DNA of 64,000 nucleotides, from contig OX638158.1 in assembly GCA_951804945.1 (NCBI GenBank), forward strand, positions 48,174,001 to 48,238,000, read 5' to 3'. Positions 12,201-25,286 of this stretch are shown one piece after another. Position 1 is the first letter of the stretch, and every line of letters begins with the position of its first letter. Under the pieces are notes generated by a model. It saw only the letters and a list, made by a program, of their open reading frames with translations. It did no database searches and was not told where the DNA came from. The stretch comes from Podarcis cretensis. Lineage: Eukaryota. The translations under genes were made by a program, and so were the position numbers.

Positions 12201-15200
12201 GATAATAAATATATCTTCCCTTCCCTTAATATATAAACATTAAAAACAATTCAGCTCTAGCCATGGGTAACAAGCTTTATATAATTATTAGTTGTGCCAA
12301 ACATTTATAAGCAATCTTTGTACATTAAAAGGTGTCTCCAGAAAAATTAAATAGATCTTTGGTGAACCCAGTACTGCACATCTGCACCCACATAAGCAAC
12401 TTAAGCAGAAGGGTGTTTCTGCCAAGGAGCCAAATCTAGTTAGGATACCAAGAATGAGCACTTGTAAGAGTTTCTTAAGTGGCACAAGTGTCATGCCTCC
12501 ATGGCAAAGGTTTTCAATCTTTTTGAGTCCATGGCTTTCTTGACCAACTACATTATTTCTACAGCACCCTTGTGTGAATCAGGAGTCCAGTTATGTCACC
12601 CCTTGCCTGCAGAGCTGGTAGCCTCTCACCATTTTTCAAACACCCTCCCCTCAGCCTCATCTCCTCTCCCCTCTCCTCAGGAGTCTGGGCAGCCACAGGC
12701 CCTGTTCTCTGAACTGCCCCACCCCCACGAGGTGCCTCCTCACACTGCCCACAGGGGCCTGGGAAGCACCCCCTGGCCAGCCCGAGGCACCATTCGCCTG
12801 GAGAGCTTGTAGCCAGGGCTGCTGCAACAAACAGCCGTGCAAGCCTTTAGGAGGCAGAGACGTACGGGGGGGGGGGGGGAGGGAAGGAAAGAGGGAGAGG
12901 CCAGTGTGTGCGTGTGGCATGGTGAGGGTGCTGTTTACATGCATGTCCCTAACCCCATCCACTTTTGAGCATTCATATATTCAGGCATTAAGATTTTACA
13001 ACTCCCAACAGTAAATTAAGGAAACCCTACAAATTAACCCACATTGTCTCAGGAGCTATTAATACAGAAATGGGAAACTTGTAGTACGCCTGTTGTTGGG
13101 CTCAAATTTACACCAGGCCCAGCCAGCATGAACAAGTCAGGGATGATGGGAATTATAGTCTATCATCTGGAGGGCCTTAGATAATTCATATTTGCATCAA
13201 TGTATCATAGTATCTAGGGAACTCCTCCTAGTCACCCTAGCTTGAGATTAGATAGGCGACCAGGGGGAGGACCTTTCCTGTTCTGGCACTCCCTCTCCAG
13301 GTATTTGGCAATTCCACACCATATAGTCAACACATATGCAATACACGACTTTCCCCCAAAAAAGCCTGGAAGCTAGTTTAAGGGTGCTGAGAATTTTTAG
13401 CTCTGTGAGGGGTGAACTACAGGTCCCGGATTCTTTGGGGGAAATCATATACTTCAAATGTATGGCATGATCCCGCCCATTATTTGCCTGCCATAACCAC
13501 AGCTGGCCTTCAGGGTCTTGGCCAAGACTAGCTCTTTCTACCAGGTATTGGAAAAGTAGATTTACTTCACTGTTCTCTGCGGTTGTGGTTATTTTAAATC
13601 TTGTATTATATATAATTTATTATTATAGTTTTATTTTGTAGTAAGCACTTTCTTAACAAGTTACAGGAAGGTGAAGCATACAAAATCAAATAATTGCATC
13701 CAACTTTTTAGCCCCACTGACAATTTTGAAGAAATGCCAACAAAACACCTGAAAGAGACACCCCAGAACACTGATGAATATTCAAATATTCAAGCATTAT
13801 TTCCCCGTTCATGAGATGGAATAATGTGATGAATGTATTATGCAGCATTTCTGAATGGTTTGGCTTCATGGTAAACTCTGTGATGAAAGGCAGGCAGGAT
13901 ATGATATACTTTAATAAATGGGTAGACTCACTATACTAGTTAAATCTATGTCTACAACTCAGTATTTTCCCCAAGTACTAAAAACTTTGCTCTCAAGCCA
14001 TGCAGATTTCATAAATTGTAAGTTACTAAAACCACCTGGAATAATGTAGGGAAATGTAACATTTAACAGCACCTTCAGCACCAATTATGATCTTAACTAC
14101 ACCTACATGTAATAGCTGCTCACTTTAAACCAGTCCTGTGCAAGAGTTCTACTAGCCCATCCCACTTTCCTAAAATGCCCTCTAAAATAATAAGCCTGAA
14201 GGGAATGGAAGGCAATTTTAGTACAACAGCTTGAATATAGGTTTAGTTAGTAGAAAACTATTTTGTTCATGGAAGTGGTTCCCAGCTTAGTAGTGAGAAA
14301 AGTGAACCCAAGTCCTGTAGGGCTGTTTTTAAGGTCAGTCTTTGTCTTCCTTTTTCAAAATATTTCTCATACCCTGAACAGAGTGGCACGGAAAGAAGTA
14401 GCTTCTGCAAGAGTTCACAGAACAGGACTAATACATTATCTCATCCTTCTCAGTTCTTTGGATTTAAGCCCTTATTTCTGCTTCAAGAAGATCAATGTAA
14501 TACTGAATTCAGCCCCAAGCATTAATGCCTTATCTACTGATACCAATGAAATACAACTGCAAATACCCGAAAAGGTTATTTATAGGCAAAACTCACGAGA
14601 AAGAAAAGCTCCCATTCAATTCATTTAATGAATTTTAAATTGTGTCTAGTTCCATGCAGTTATGTTGCTTTTCTGCATATACCTTTAAAAGTGGCAGCTT
14701 TATAACTGCTAGGATTAAATTATAGAACTGTGCTGTCTTGCTAGTGGTAGGGGTCATATTGGAATGATGGGCACTAGTCTGAAAAACAGAAGAGCAACTG
14801 ATGAATTAGCTATGGGAAAGATATCTACTTAAGAGCAAAACATAAACTGCTTCAATTGTTCAATGCTTTGTAAATTGCAGAACTAATTATATTCTTCCCA
14901 GCCCTGGAACTAGGGAGGGGAAGAGAACTGTACTCAATATATATCTACCTATGTATGCACACATAGAGAGAAGAGTTACTTGCAACCCACAAACTGCTTT
15001 TACAGTGAATTCTACCCTATTTTTTGTATACTACACTAATGGAATAAATCTTGTTGAGAAGCGCTGAGCATTTTGCCAAATTCACTAGCAGCTGAAATGA
15101 AAACATCACTCCTAAAGCTATGTAAAGTTCATGAAGGGTTGCACTCAGAGCAATTAATGGACACAACCAACTTAGGTCAGAAATTCCAGTGGGTCTGCTC

Positions 15201-17360
15201 TGAGTAGAACTTAGTTGGATACAACCAAAGTTCTCTCTTACTTGGTGTAGGAGTCCGCAGTAAAGACCCACATCCAATTATGTGCTTCAAACTGCATTAC
15301 AAAGACAGTTTGAACTTGAATGAGTAAATGTTCATCATAGTTCCCTGTTGTGTGCAAAAATCTGATTGGCTTCCTAACTGATGATGCTGAAACTCTTAAA
15401 ATTTAAAAAGCAATTTCATCCTGACCTCACGTTATGATTTACAAGGAATTTTTTGCACATTTTCAAAAATCCTATAGTCACTCCTCATTCTTATGGGATA
15501 CTGATTCCAACAATACTACTGAGAGGATGAATATAGTCAGAATTTTTTTCCTGAGGTTTCATAAAATTATTCAATGTAGAAATGTTTGTGTTCGATGAAT
15601 CTTTTAAAAAAATAATCATAAAGTTTCCTTGTGTATCCTGAAAGTACTGTTTTAAGTGTTCTAGATCTAAGTTTAAGCTACATCTTTTAGATAAAGTGAA
15701 AAATAACACGTTTGCCACAAAGACTACATTTTCCCATTACTGCTCTAACTTGTGTCCTCAATTTATTTTTTCATCATATCTTCTTTAAACAGGCCACCCT
15801 ACCTTACAGCTTTCTAAGTTTCAGGTGTTTTTTTAAACAAAGAAACTCACTGGAGCTCAGCATACAGCACCAAAGATATTAAATAAAGATAAATGTGTTT
15901 TATTATATAAGCTTTTCAAATTAACGTATTCCTGTCTTTTCATGATTTAGCCATACAAAGTTTGAAAAAAATAAGAAATCCAACACCTAACTAATAAAGC
16001 ATACAACACAGAGAAGATGTTGCTCACAATACTAAGTACTGAACAACGAACCTTTACAAGTAAAGAACCTATTGTTTTCCAATCTATAGCTCAGTATATA
16101 TTCATTTCAGCAAGGGCAAACACTAGTTTAATTAAGGAGCTTTTATATAGTGATCATACAAGTTTGTGTTTCATACTAGTATTAAAAATCCTTTAAGATA
16201 TTTTACCCACAGTTCTTTCGCTAATTATTTTTAATTTTGTCATCTAATAATAGTGGAATTTGGGTAAATTGAGTTATATCCAACATGAATCATACTCAAA
16301 AGTAGGTCCTCCTAAATCAATGGGCTGAAGTCCATTGATTTTAATGAATCTACTCTGAGCAGGACTAATGCTGGATGTCACTATTTCACTTTACTTTTTA
16401 TCCTAAGGTTTTAAAACATGGAGATATTAGAATTAATGAAATATTAGGTGCTTCTAAACTTAATTAAATATTAGTTAAATGGTATACTGGAGGGAAAACA
16501 AACTAGTTAGACAGCTATGCACTTACCTGGTAATGTCCCATTATAAATTGGACTCTTGAGTAGACATGTGTAGATTTGCACTGTTAATTCTAAAGCTGAA
16601 GACTATAGCATCTGTCATTAGGAAGGCATGTGATGTTATGTATTATTCTTACAAAATAGTAGGTATTGATATCATTGTCTTATTTAATGTAACTACTGTT
16701 TTTTAGTATTTTTATATGCAGTGCAGAATAAATGCACAGTCGTTAAAATTTATGAAAACCTCATAAATGGTGTTTTATTGATGTCATTTCCATAACCAGA
16801 ATTCAAACAGTAATTGCCACTCATTATATCCCAAACTCATCAGCCCAGCAACACAATCTAAACATATGTCCTTGCTGGTGTAATACAAGTATCAAAATTT
16901 CACTATAAATATGTAAGTGCCCATCTAAAGATTTAAAGAGATTTGTCGTATGAGATGCTGTCTATTCAGCACATGCAATATGTACAATAAATTTTAGCTT
17001 TCCACGGATATGTAATAAATAACAACAGGCATTTTCTTTAACCAAACTAATAATCTGAATAGAACAGTATCTGTCAGGACTCACTAAGGAATACAACATG
17101 CAAAACTGACGTAAATACTGTGCATTTCAAAATTCAGACATTTCCTGAGGAAATAAAAAACTGTAAAATGCAACATTTCAGTTGTGCGAAGCCAAGCTCT
17201 GCAAAGCCATATACTGAGAGGCATTAAACACACACAGAGAAACGGCAAAGGCAAGCTTGGTTCTGTTGCCACCCCTCCTTCCGTATGCAAGTAATCCCTG
17301 GGAAAACAAAGGGGATTCCCATTGTCATTGTCTTCATCTGCAGCTGATCATCACCAGCAC

Positions 17361-17444
17361 TAGCAAGGCAGTAGCTTGCGCAGTTATCTCCACAGCGGGC
17401 AATGTCATAACCCGACCAACAGCACAAACTACTACCTCAGCCAG
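17361..17444 (-). ncRNA. MIRLET7I: pre-let-7i microRNA hairpin (5p 17418-17439, 3p 17362-17383)
   Basis: Reverse complement contains UGAGGUAGUAGUUUGUGCUGUU (let-7i-5p) and CUGCGCAAGCUACUGCCUUGCU (3p). Loop GGUCGGGUUAUGACAUUGCCCGCUGUGGAGAUAA carries the LIN28 GGAG motif. Syntenic between MON2 and PPM1H. Confidence 0.98.
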
Positions 17445-17549
17445 GGGCATGGTGCTCCCGACCCCATCCTGGAAGGAGAGAATAAAGGCGGGCATGTTCC
17501 ACCCACAATAAAATGAAGAGCCCAGAGAGAGAGAGAGGAAGGAAGGAGC

Positions 17550-18950
17550 CATGGCAAAAGGGTCCGGGCTCTTTCTGACGGTCCTCTTGTCTCCTTTATC
17601 TGCAGCAGACATCAGCCAGACTCCCTTCTTCGCGAAGGGCAGGAGGAAACCCCGCCCAGAGCGCGCATTACAACGCCGCCGCCGCCAACCCCCCACCTAC
17701 CCCGCCGCCGCCACCACCCGCTCTGCCCTTTTCCTTGCATGACCTGAAACTGACGCGAGGGAGTCTCGTTTATTAGGTACATTACAGGCCACAGCTGGTG
17801 CAGTCCCCAGGAGCTTAATTGTCAATCGGCGCGAGAAGGGAAAGCGAAGGCGCGGGAGGGGAGGAGGAACAAGGGGGAACAAAACTGAGGAGAAAATTCG
17901 CGCTCCCATATTCCCTGACACTCACTCGCTTTCGCCTCAGCTTTAGAGCATCGTTCCGCGGCGGAGAGAGAAGCAGGGACCGGTGCCCTCCCCCCTCCCC
18001 TCTCAAAATTCGAACATGACCGTTGCAAGCTCTCTCTCCCCCCCTCCCCAGCCAACCGCCCGAACGCGCGCGCGCCGGCCCCCCGAGGGAATAAAAGGCG
18101 GTGAGGCGCTTGACGAGGCGCCATTCCTGGCGGCTGAGGGCACACGATGGCGCTTGCCGCCTCACGCGCCGCCGCCGCCGCCAAGCGGATAGACGAAGGC
18201 GGGAGAGGAGAAAGGAAGAACACGGTTTTTTTCGGTCCCTTCCTTTAAGGGCAGCAGTTAAATTCTGCTCCTCTGACGGCGGCGAAAGCATCTTCCTCTC
18301 CGCGCCGCCTTCCCCACCCCCCGCGCTGTATCGCAGTGACAGACGCCGCCGCCGCGCTCCCGCCCTTTCCGAGGCTCCGCCGATTTCCCTTTCTCCGGAA
18401 GGATGAGAAAAGCCCCCCCCCCACTTCCCTCCGCCTATTGCTCGTCTCCTTCTTGGCGCGCCTGGCCACCCAAACCATAAAGATGGGGGAAGGGGGGGAG
18501 GGAGCGCGAGTACTCACGCTCTGTCCACGTGACTAGTAGGCCTGGCCTGTCCCATAGCCTTCCAGCGCCATCTTGAACAAGAACAGACCGGCAACGGAGC
18601 CGGGTTGCGGGGAGTGGGATGGGAGGTCGGTGCTCTCGACCTTCTCTGCTGCGGCCCCCGAGGAAAAGACGGCACTGGTCAATTAACCCCCTCGGGCAAA
18701 CAGGAACTCGCTTTAAAGCCCTTGCCTCAAGGAATGCTGGGAAATGGGATGTGTTTCCCCCCTCCCTTTTCTTCGCGTGAGGAGGAAGAGCAAATCTCGG
18801 CGCGAAAATATTGAGGGGTGTGGGCACCTGACGACCAGTCTCGCGCTCCGAGCGAAGTGTGCTGGGAAATGTAGTCCAGGACAAGCTAGGCCTAGCCGGG
18901 GAATCGAGTAAAATTTGCGTTCGCCAGGCGTTAAGTTGCCTATCGAGCTG
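17550..18950. promoter_or_regulatory. CpG island: pri-let-7i promoter, probably bidirectional
   Basis: Sharp GC/CpG enrichment with (GCC)n runs; E-box CACGTG 18526-18531; YY1 CGCCATCTTG 18566-18575; ZNF143-type CTGGGAAATGTAGTCC 18862-18877; directly upstream of let-7i on the minus strand. Confidence 0.85.
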
Positions 18951-19414
18951 CAAAGGGGCACAACAGATAAAAGGCGAAAAATACTGTTTCATACGGCTAA
19001 AATCCTAAAAATAAGCCACGCTAACCATAACGGGACTTTGAATAATCATGCAGCACCATACTGTAATTTAACCCACTGTAATATATATAATCTGTTAATC
19101 ACCTGCAGTGTCATGGACAAAGGTCGTCGTCGTTTTGAAATGCATTTAAACTCGTGTTTTGCTGTAAATAATTTCTAGGCGTTCTAAGCAGGCGACATGC
19201 AAAACGATAAGAAGTTAAAATGTATCACCCATATTCAAATGGTACGTGGAAAGATTTTAAAGGGAAACTAGTGTCTACATGTCTACTCAGGGGTAAGCCT
19301 CATTGAACTGACTAGGATTTATAACGTAAGATAAGCATTGGCTTACAGCCTATATCACAAAAAAAGTTGTAGGTGATCTTACCACCTCATTACCACCACC
19401 ATTAATACAGATAG

Positions 19415-19747
19415 GTAAAGGTAAAGGGACCCCTGACCATTAGTTCCAGTCGTGGCCGACTCTGGGGTTGCGGCGCTCATCTCGCTTTACTGGCCGAGGG
19501 AGCCGGCGTACACGTGGCCAGCATGACTAAGCCACTTCTGGCGAACCAGAGCAACGCACGGAAACGCCGTTTACCTTCCCACCGGAGCGGTACCTATTTA
19601 TCTATTGACGTGCTTTCGAACTGCTAGGTTGGCAGGAGCAGGGACCGAGCAACGGGAGCTCACCCCGTCGTGGGGATTCGAACCGCTGACCTTCTGATTG
19701 GCAAGTCCTAGGCTCTGTGGTTTAACCCACAGCCCCACCCTAGTCCC
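19415..19747 (-). mobile_element. Sauria SINE with both ends and TSD
   Basis: A/B boxes (GGTTCGAATCC), (ACCTTT)n tail, 14-bp TSD ATTAATACAGATAG at 19401 and 19748; short internal deletions relative to the 35115 copy. Confidence 0.92.
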
Positions 19748-21189
19748 ATTAATACAGATAGAGGCCAATTAATCAAAACTTAAGCAGTGCACGATATGCA
19801 AAAAAAAAAAGCAAAAGAAATGAAATAAAACTTAACAACTAAATTATTTATCTGGCTAGACTTGCTGAAATAAAGTTTTTAGCAGGCACCCACAACAATA
19901 TAGTGGGAACAACAATGCTTGGTGCTGTAACCGAAAGCCTCCCCAGAAGAGCTTAACACTAGCCCACGTGGCACAATGTGTTTCCACCAAAAGCTGAAGT
20001 AAGGCTTTAAAGCTAAAAACTTGAACACGTTAGCAGCTAGCACCAAGATTCAAAAGTTGTTTTACTATATTTTGTGCTGTCCATGCATGCTTCAGTAGCT
20101 GTCTTTAAAGTTACAGGCAGAAAAGTGAACTTATACTCAAAGCGCATAAATGACAAAACCAAGATCTATACAAGGAGTATGCAGATTATTTACAAGGTTT
20201 ACTGATATGGTAAGAGGCTGTGGATCGACAGAATCCCAAGCTTTCCTGTTTTGAACAGGAAGTAGAGCTGGGGAGGGGAAAATTATTACAAAAGCAGTCT
20301 TAAGTGGCTAAATTAAAAAGCAGGAAATTCATTCCTCAAAGGATGCATGAACTGACACTTCCTCTACCTCGGTTTCTCCCTCTCACATCTGACAGACTGC
20401 TCTGCTAAACATTCTAAAGGCCAACATATAATGTACCTTTTCACACATTTAGATTAAACATCATAAATTCAGGGCAGATTGTGTGGTAAACTGAAATCAA
20501 TCTGAAACATATCTATACACTATATGGGGGACTTACCCATGTAAGTAATTAGAGTTAGCCTTACATTACTATGAGAAAATACCAATTGTAATAACCAATT
20601 CAAAGCAAATTTTCTATTTATGCCTGACATTTTCTAAACAAAAGAACATACAGACTGGTTGCAAACTATAAAAAAGTTAATTTACCACTAAATCAAGATA
20701 TCATTAATTCAAATCATTGGCTCATATTGCTTCCTGGAGCAGGTAAGCATCAGAAAGACTATTGTTCTATAACACAGAAAGAAAATGTCAAGCTATCTGG
20801 CTGGCAAATAAGTGTCATAAGTTGAGAGCACATTGCAGAGTTTATGGTATGAGCTCATTGGGCGATTCTGGTGAAATACAAGATGGCATGTCCTGGAGGT
20901 AGTAGGAATAGTGTCTCTTTCCCAATCTTTGTATCAAGCTTGCAACATATACAGCACATGATCCACTGTAACAGTCAAGATGACTTCAAAAGGAAACAGA
21001 GCTTGGCATATCTTCCTTCCCAGAGGGTAGCAACCTTTAACTCAATGTCTGCAATCCTGGGCACACATAATTGAAAGTAAGCACTAATGGTGGATAGGAT
21101 AGGATTCAGCTAAATATCTTTCGGCTTGTAAGTGCAGACTTTACCATGTTCATTTGTACTACATTCAGAACACTTAAGATATATATTTA

Positions 21190-22832
21190 AAACAATTTAA
21201 TGCAACCTTACTGAAATAAAAACTGAAACTTTTTAAATCCATACAAGTATGCTTTTTGGCTGTTCCATGACAAAAGGTGCAAGTCTACAAAGCACCACAG
21301 AACAGTAACCATGGAGGCTTCTGAGGTAAGAGCACAGAAAGGGCTCCATTATAGTAGTTAATGGCATGTGCCTTATCTGTGACACTATTTATGTGGCAGG
21401 TGACCAGACATGCTTGTAAAGTGTGTCACCTCCATAGTAACTTACTGTTTTGCTGAGGTTCTCACAGCAGAGAATGGGCAATAGAATAAAACTTTGAATC
21501 CAACATATTCCAGTATTATCAAGATTAGGGTCTGACTAAAATTTAAGTGGTGTGGCCTAGGGATAAGATTTCTTTGCAACAATGAAGAGGTTTTACAGGA
21601 AATACCCATTCCATGGCACTTCATAGTAAAGGGAAACAAACAATTTTACTTCATGACAGTTTACTATATCTCTAAACTATCTTCAAAAATACACTTCTCG
21701 GTTTGTATCACACACATATTATACTCAAAGAGTAGAACAGTTATTCTTCAGGTTGAAAAGACGTTACAAAACAAAGCACTTAAAATTATTGAAACAATGA
21801 CAAGAAATACAAGTAAAATATTGCTGATACTTAAAAATCATTTTGCTTTAGTCATAATTCAAACAATAGTGACCAATGCTGTTTGGGGCAAAACTGAAAA
21901 AAATATACATTTCAACTAAAAGGGTTTTTTAAAAAGCAGAGCTACAAAAAAGGGCTGACAGTAAAACAATTATTTAGTGAAATGAGGTATGGTAGTGTTT
22001 TGAGTGCTACACAGCAATTTTCTGCTTATGCAGATTCATTTATTTCAACATGGCAGCTCACAGATTTTTGCCACTATCTTTATTCATACGTCCTGTTAGC
22101 AGAATTGTTATTCATTGGCCACAGATAAGATACATTCAAATATGCCAAAAGAGAAAAGGAAAAGAATCATCTGCATGATCAGATATGAATGAACATATCT
22201 GCCAACAAAGAAGGCAAATATTAAGTAAAAATGCAAGCATACAACTTAGTATTCATAATAAATACATTTTCAAGCTTTTAACATTATTGATGTTTAAAAA
22301 AGAATTTAAACAATAAATGCAACTTTTTTTTTACAGAACTGTACGATTTATTATACACACAAGTACATTTTCCCTTTGTTTACAAAGGCTGGTTACAGAT
22401 AATGTGGAATGTTACAGTACCTTCTTGCATAAAATTTTAGTACAATTTTGTACTTGAAAAAACGGTGCAAAACACCTGCCTAATAAATCCGAATGAATTA
22501 GGTTTCTTTTTTTTTCTTAATTACATCATTAACACATACACAACAAGCTGTACATAAGCCCACTTTTCAATCACCACTTCAAGTTACTGTAGCAAGTACT
22601 GTACTTTAAAATGGATTCCAGTCAGTGAGTCAAAGGCTTGCATTGCTATTCACCCAGAAACATTTGAGATGCAAGCTTGAAGTGATATGAATCACAGAAT
22701 TCTGGTTAGTACAGTTTAAAGGCGGTCAACACTGCTTGCCAAGTACTGGTCATGAGATTTCATCAAAGATGTCTCACATTAGAACAAACATTCGTTTGAT
22801 GGATGCATTTTTCTTGAAAAGCAAAAATTTGG
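21190..22832 (-). other. MON2: Putative MON2 3'UTR with alternative poly(A) signals
   Basis: Follows the TGA stop; minus-strand AATAAA at 22347-22352, 22079-22084 and 22039-22044, and ATTAAA at 21196-21201. True end unknown. Confidence 0.5.
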
Positions 22833-22996
22833 TCAGGACTCTCCATTCTGTACCTTGGATGCTGGTGGGTGCATAAAGTCCTTAAAGGGAACTAAAGCTT
22901 CTTTGAGAGCAGAACAGACCTCTGAAGATGAGCAGGTGATACATTCTACTAAAGTTGGATACAAAGCAATAACCTGTGCCCATGTGTTAGCATCAA
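22833..22996 (-). CDS. MON2: MON2 last coding exon
   Basis: [54 protein letters not shown]; acceptor ttttacag. Confidence 0.95.
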
Positions 22997-25235
22997 CTGT
23001 AAAAAAAAAAAGCAAGTAATTTTATAGTGTATTCTTTAAAGAGTATTTTTCCACCTCAAGTCCCCCACCCTGACTTAAAGAGGAGAAAGATACACATCAT
23101 CCACAGAATAACAAAAAGGTAAATGCAGATGCCCTTTCATACCAGCCCAGTTAATAAACGTAACAGGAAAAACAGTATGTTTCACCCAAGACCACTGCAG
23201 CTTAGATTCAATAAATACATATGTTTTCTAAGCATCTTAATTCCTTTGCTAGATTGCCGTTTATTCAAGAGAAGGGCTAGGATTGTAACTTTATAAGTTG
23301 TGATTCTTCCATCTGAATGATAGCATATGTGTACACTTCCTATGAAACAAGCTTGCACAGTTTGAAGCATTAGCCAGTTCATACTTGACTGTGGACTCTG
23401 GAAGGCTAAAACAACCAGACTGAATTGACTATTACATCCCTAGACCCATCATTTTACTGTGGTATCCAAAAGCTGTAAAAATTAGGACTTGCTTTGAGAT
23501 ACATTTTTTAGAAAACGTACAGGCAAATCTAACAATGAGTCAACATATAAAGAACTATGCATAGTATTATTTAAGACTGTTCAACAAGTAAACTCTATGG
23601 TAGAGGTGTATCCGCCTTGCCCCACGACAGTGAGTGCCCGGGGCATGCTACTTTTACTGTGGCTGGGCCCCTTTATTTAAAATTTGTGGGTGCCTGGGCA
23701 CCCAGAGCCCCACATAGTTGGTGACTATGGTATAGTACTATAAGGGGTCATCTCACTGAGGAACGTATGAAGATACATATTTCACACACACAGTTTTTAT
23801 TTTACTTACCATTTTCTGGTTGAGTTTTTTTAAGAGAATCTATGAGGGTACTGACAGCTTTTAAAACAAATATTATTTCTGTGACTTGTTGCCTATAAAA
23901 GGAATAACAAAATCAGATGTGAATTTAAGTTCGAGGAAAATTTGATTAACTTGAGCTTATGCAAAATAAATTTCTGCAATGATTTCTAACAAAATCTAAA
24001 ACTGAACTCTTAAAATTATTATCTTTTCACTGTGACATCTCATTTTAGGATGGATTATATCTAGTTTCATTTTCAGAATGAAGTACAAGTGTATTATAAA
24101 TATCAATAGAGACGTCATCAGGTGAATGTTGACAGGATTCCATCCAAGATGGATCCCCTGAAGAATAAGGAGCAGATATCAAATGCTCAGGGGAACTGAA
24201 GTTTGCAGAAGTACAAGCAATTGGGGAGCGAGGACTAAGGTGGCACCCCTTGCAAAAAGAAAAGAAAAGCTCTGAGTATTATCAGCAGCTACAGAATGCC
24301 GAGTGTCTGCTGGTCAAAACAAAACAAAACAAAACAGGAACTGAATTGGGGGAATAACCTAGAAGGCATCACTAGATAGCTTGAAGCCTGAACAGGAACA
24401 CCCCACATTGCAACTGTTTTGCAGTTTCCACTTGTTTCTAATAGACATCATTTTTAGGAATTTAAAAATACTATTGCAGGGATACAAATAATTTTGCCAT
24501 GAGCAATACCCAGGCACATCATTTGGAAATTAAGGCATATTTTAAAAAGCAGCTTCCATTAGGGCAGGTATTGGGAACCTTTGTCCCTCCAGATGTTGCT
24601 GAACAACATCCATCAGCCCCAGCAAAGCATGGCCAATGGCCAGGGATGGTGGAAGCTGTACCTCAACAACATCGGCACTGGGGCATGGAAGTCTCCCATT
24701 CAAACAGAAGATCAAATCTTAGCTGATGAGCACTGAGTTCAGTCATGCTTGGTCACTATCTCCCAAACTGGCGAATTTTGACAGGTGGGAGTGGTATCAC
24801 CCACTTGCCAAATATGGCCCATGAGCGTAGGGGGAGATAAATAATTGGACCACTAGGCCGAAAAGGTTCCCTATCCCTAAACTACATTTTGGGTGCTAAA
24901 ATTCACGCTCTGTTTTTGAATGCTTCTTACAGAGTTGCTGTGGCCAAATTCATGGTGATTAGTCAAAAATATTTAACTGATCATCAGTATCTACCAAATC
25001 AACTAAGATTCTATTATATTTTTGTTATGGTCATTATATGTAGTAAACTAGAAGACATAGCTATTATTATTTTCAGGTGACCAAGATATACAGATATACA
25101 AGCCTTTCAGCTACCAATGCTTTTGTAACAACATTCTTTTAGATACTGGTAAGGCACATGAGAACCCCAACACAAAAAGGCCTTAAGGAGGACAGCAACA
25201 TACAAACCTTAGAAAGAAAATAAGCAGCTCCCTTA

Positions 25236-25286
<51 letters not shown>

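Noticed and set aside
16510-16585. CAG|GTAAGT donor downstream of let-7i as a host-gene exon
   Set aside because: It falls in a short dispersed palindromic repeat-like sequence and has no convincing upstream acceptor.
17257-19178. Dense overlapping ORFs (up to 185 aa) on both strands at the CpG island
   Set aside because: Stop-poor GC-rich sequence giving low-complexity Arg/Pro/Gly translations with no recognisable domain; explained by the promoter island and let-7i.
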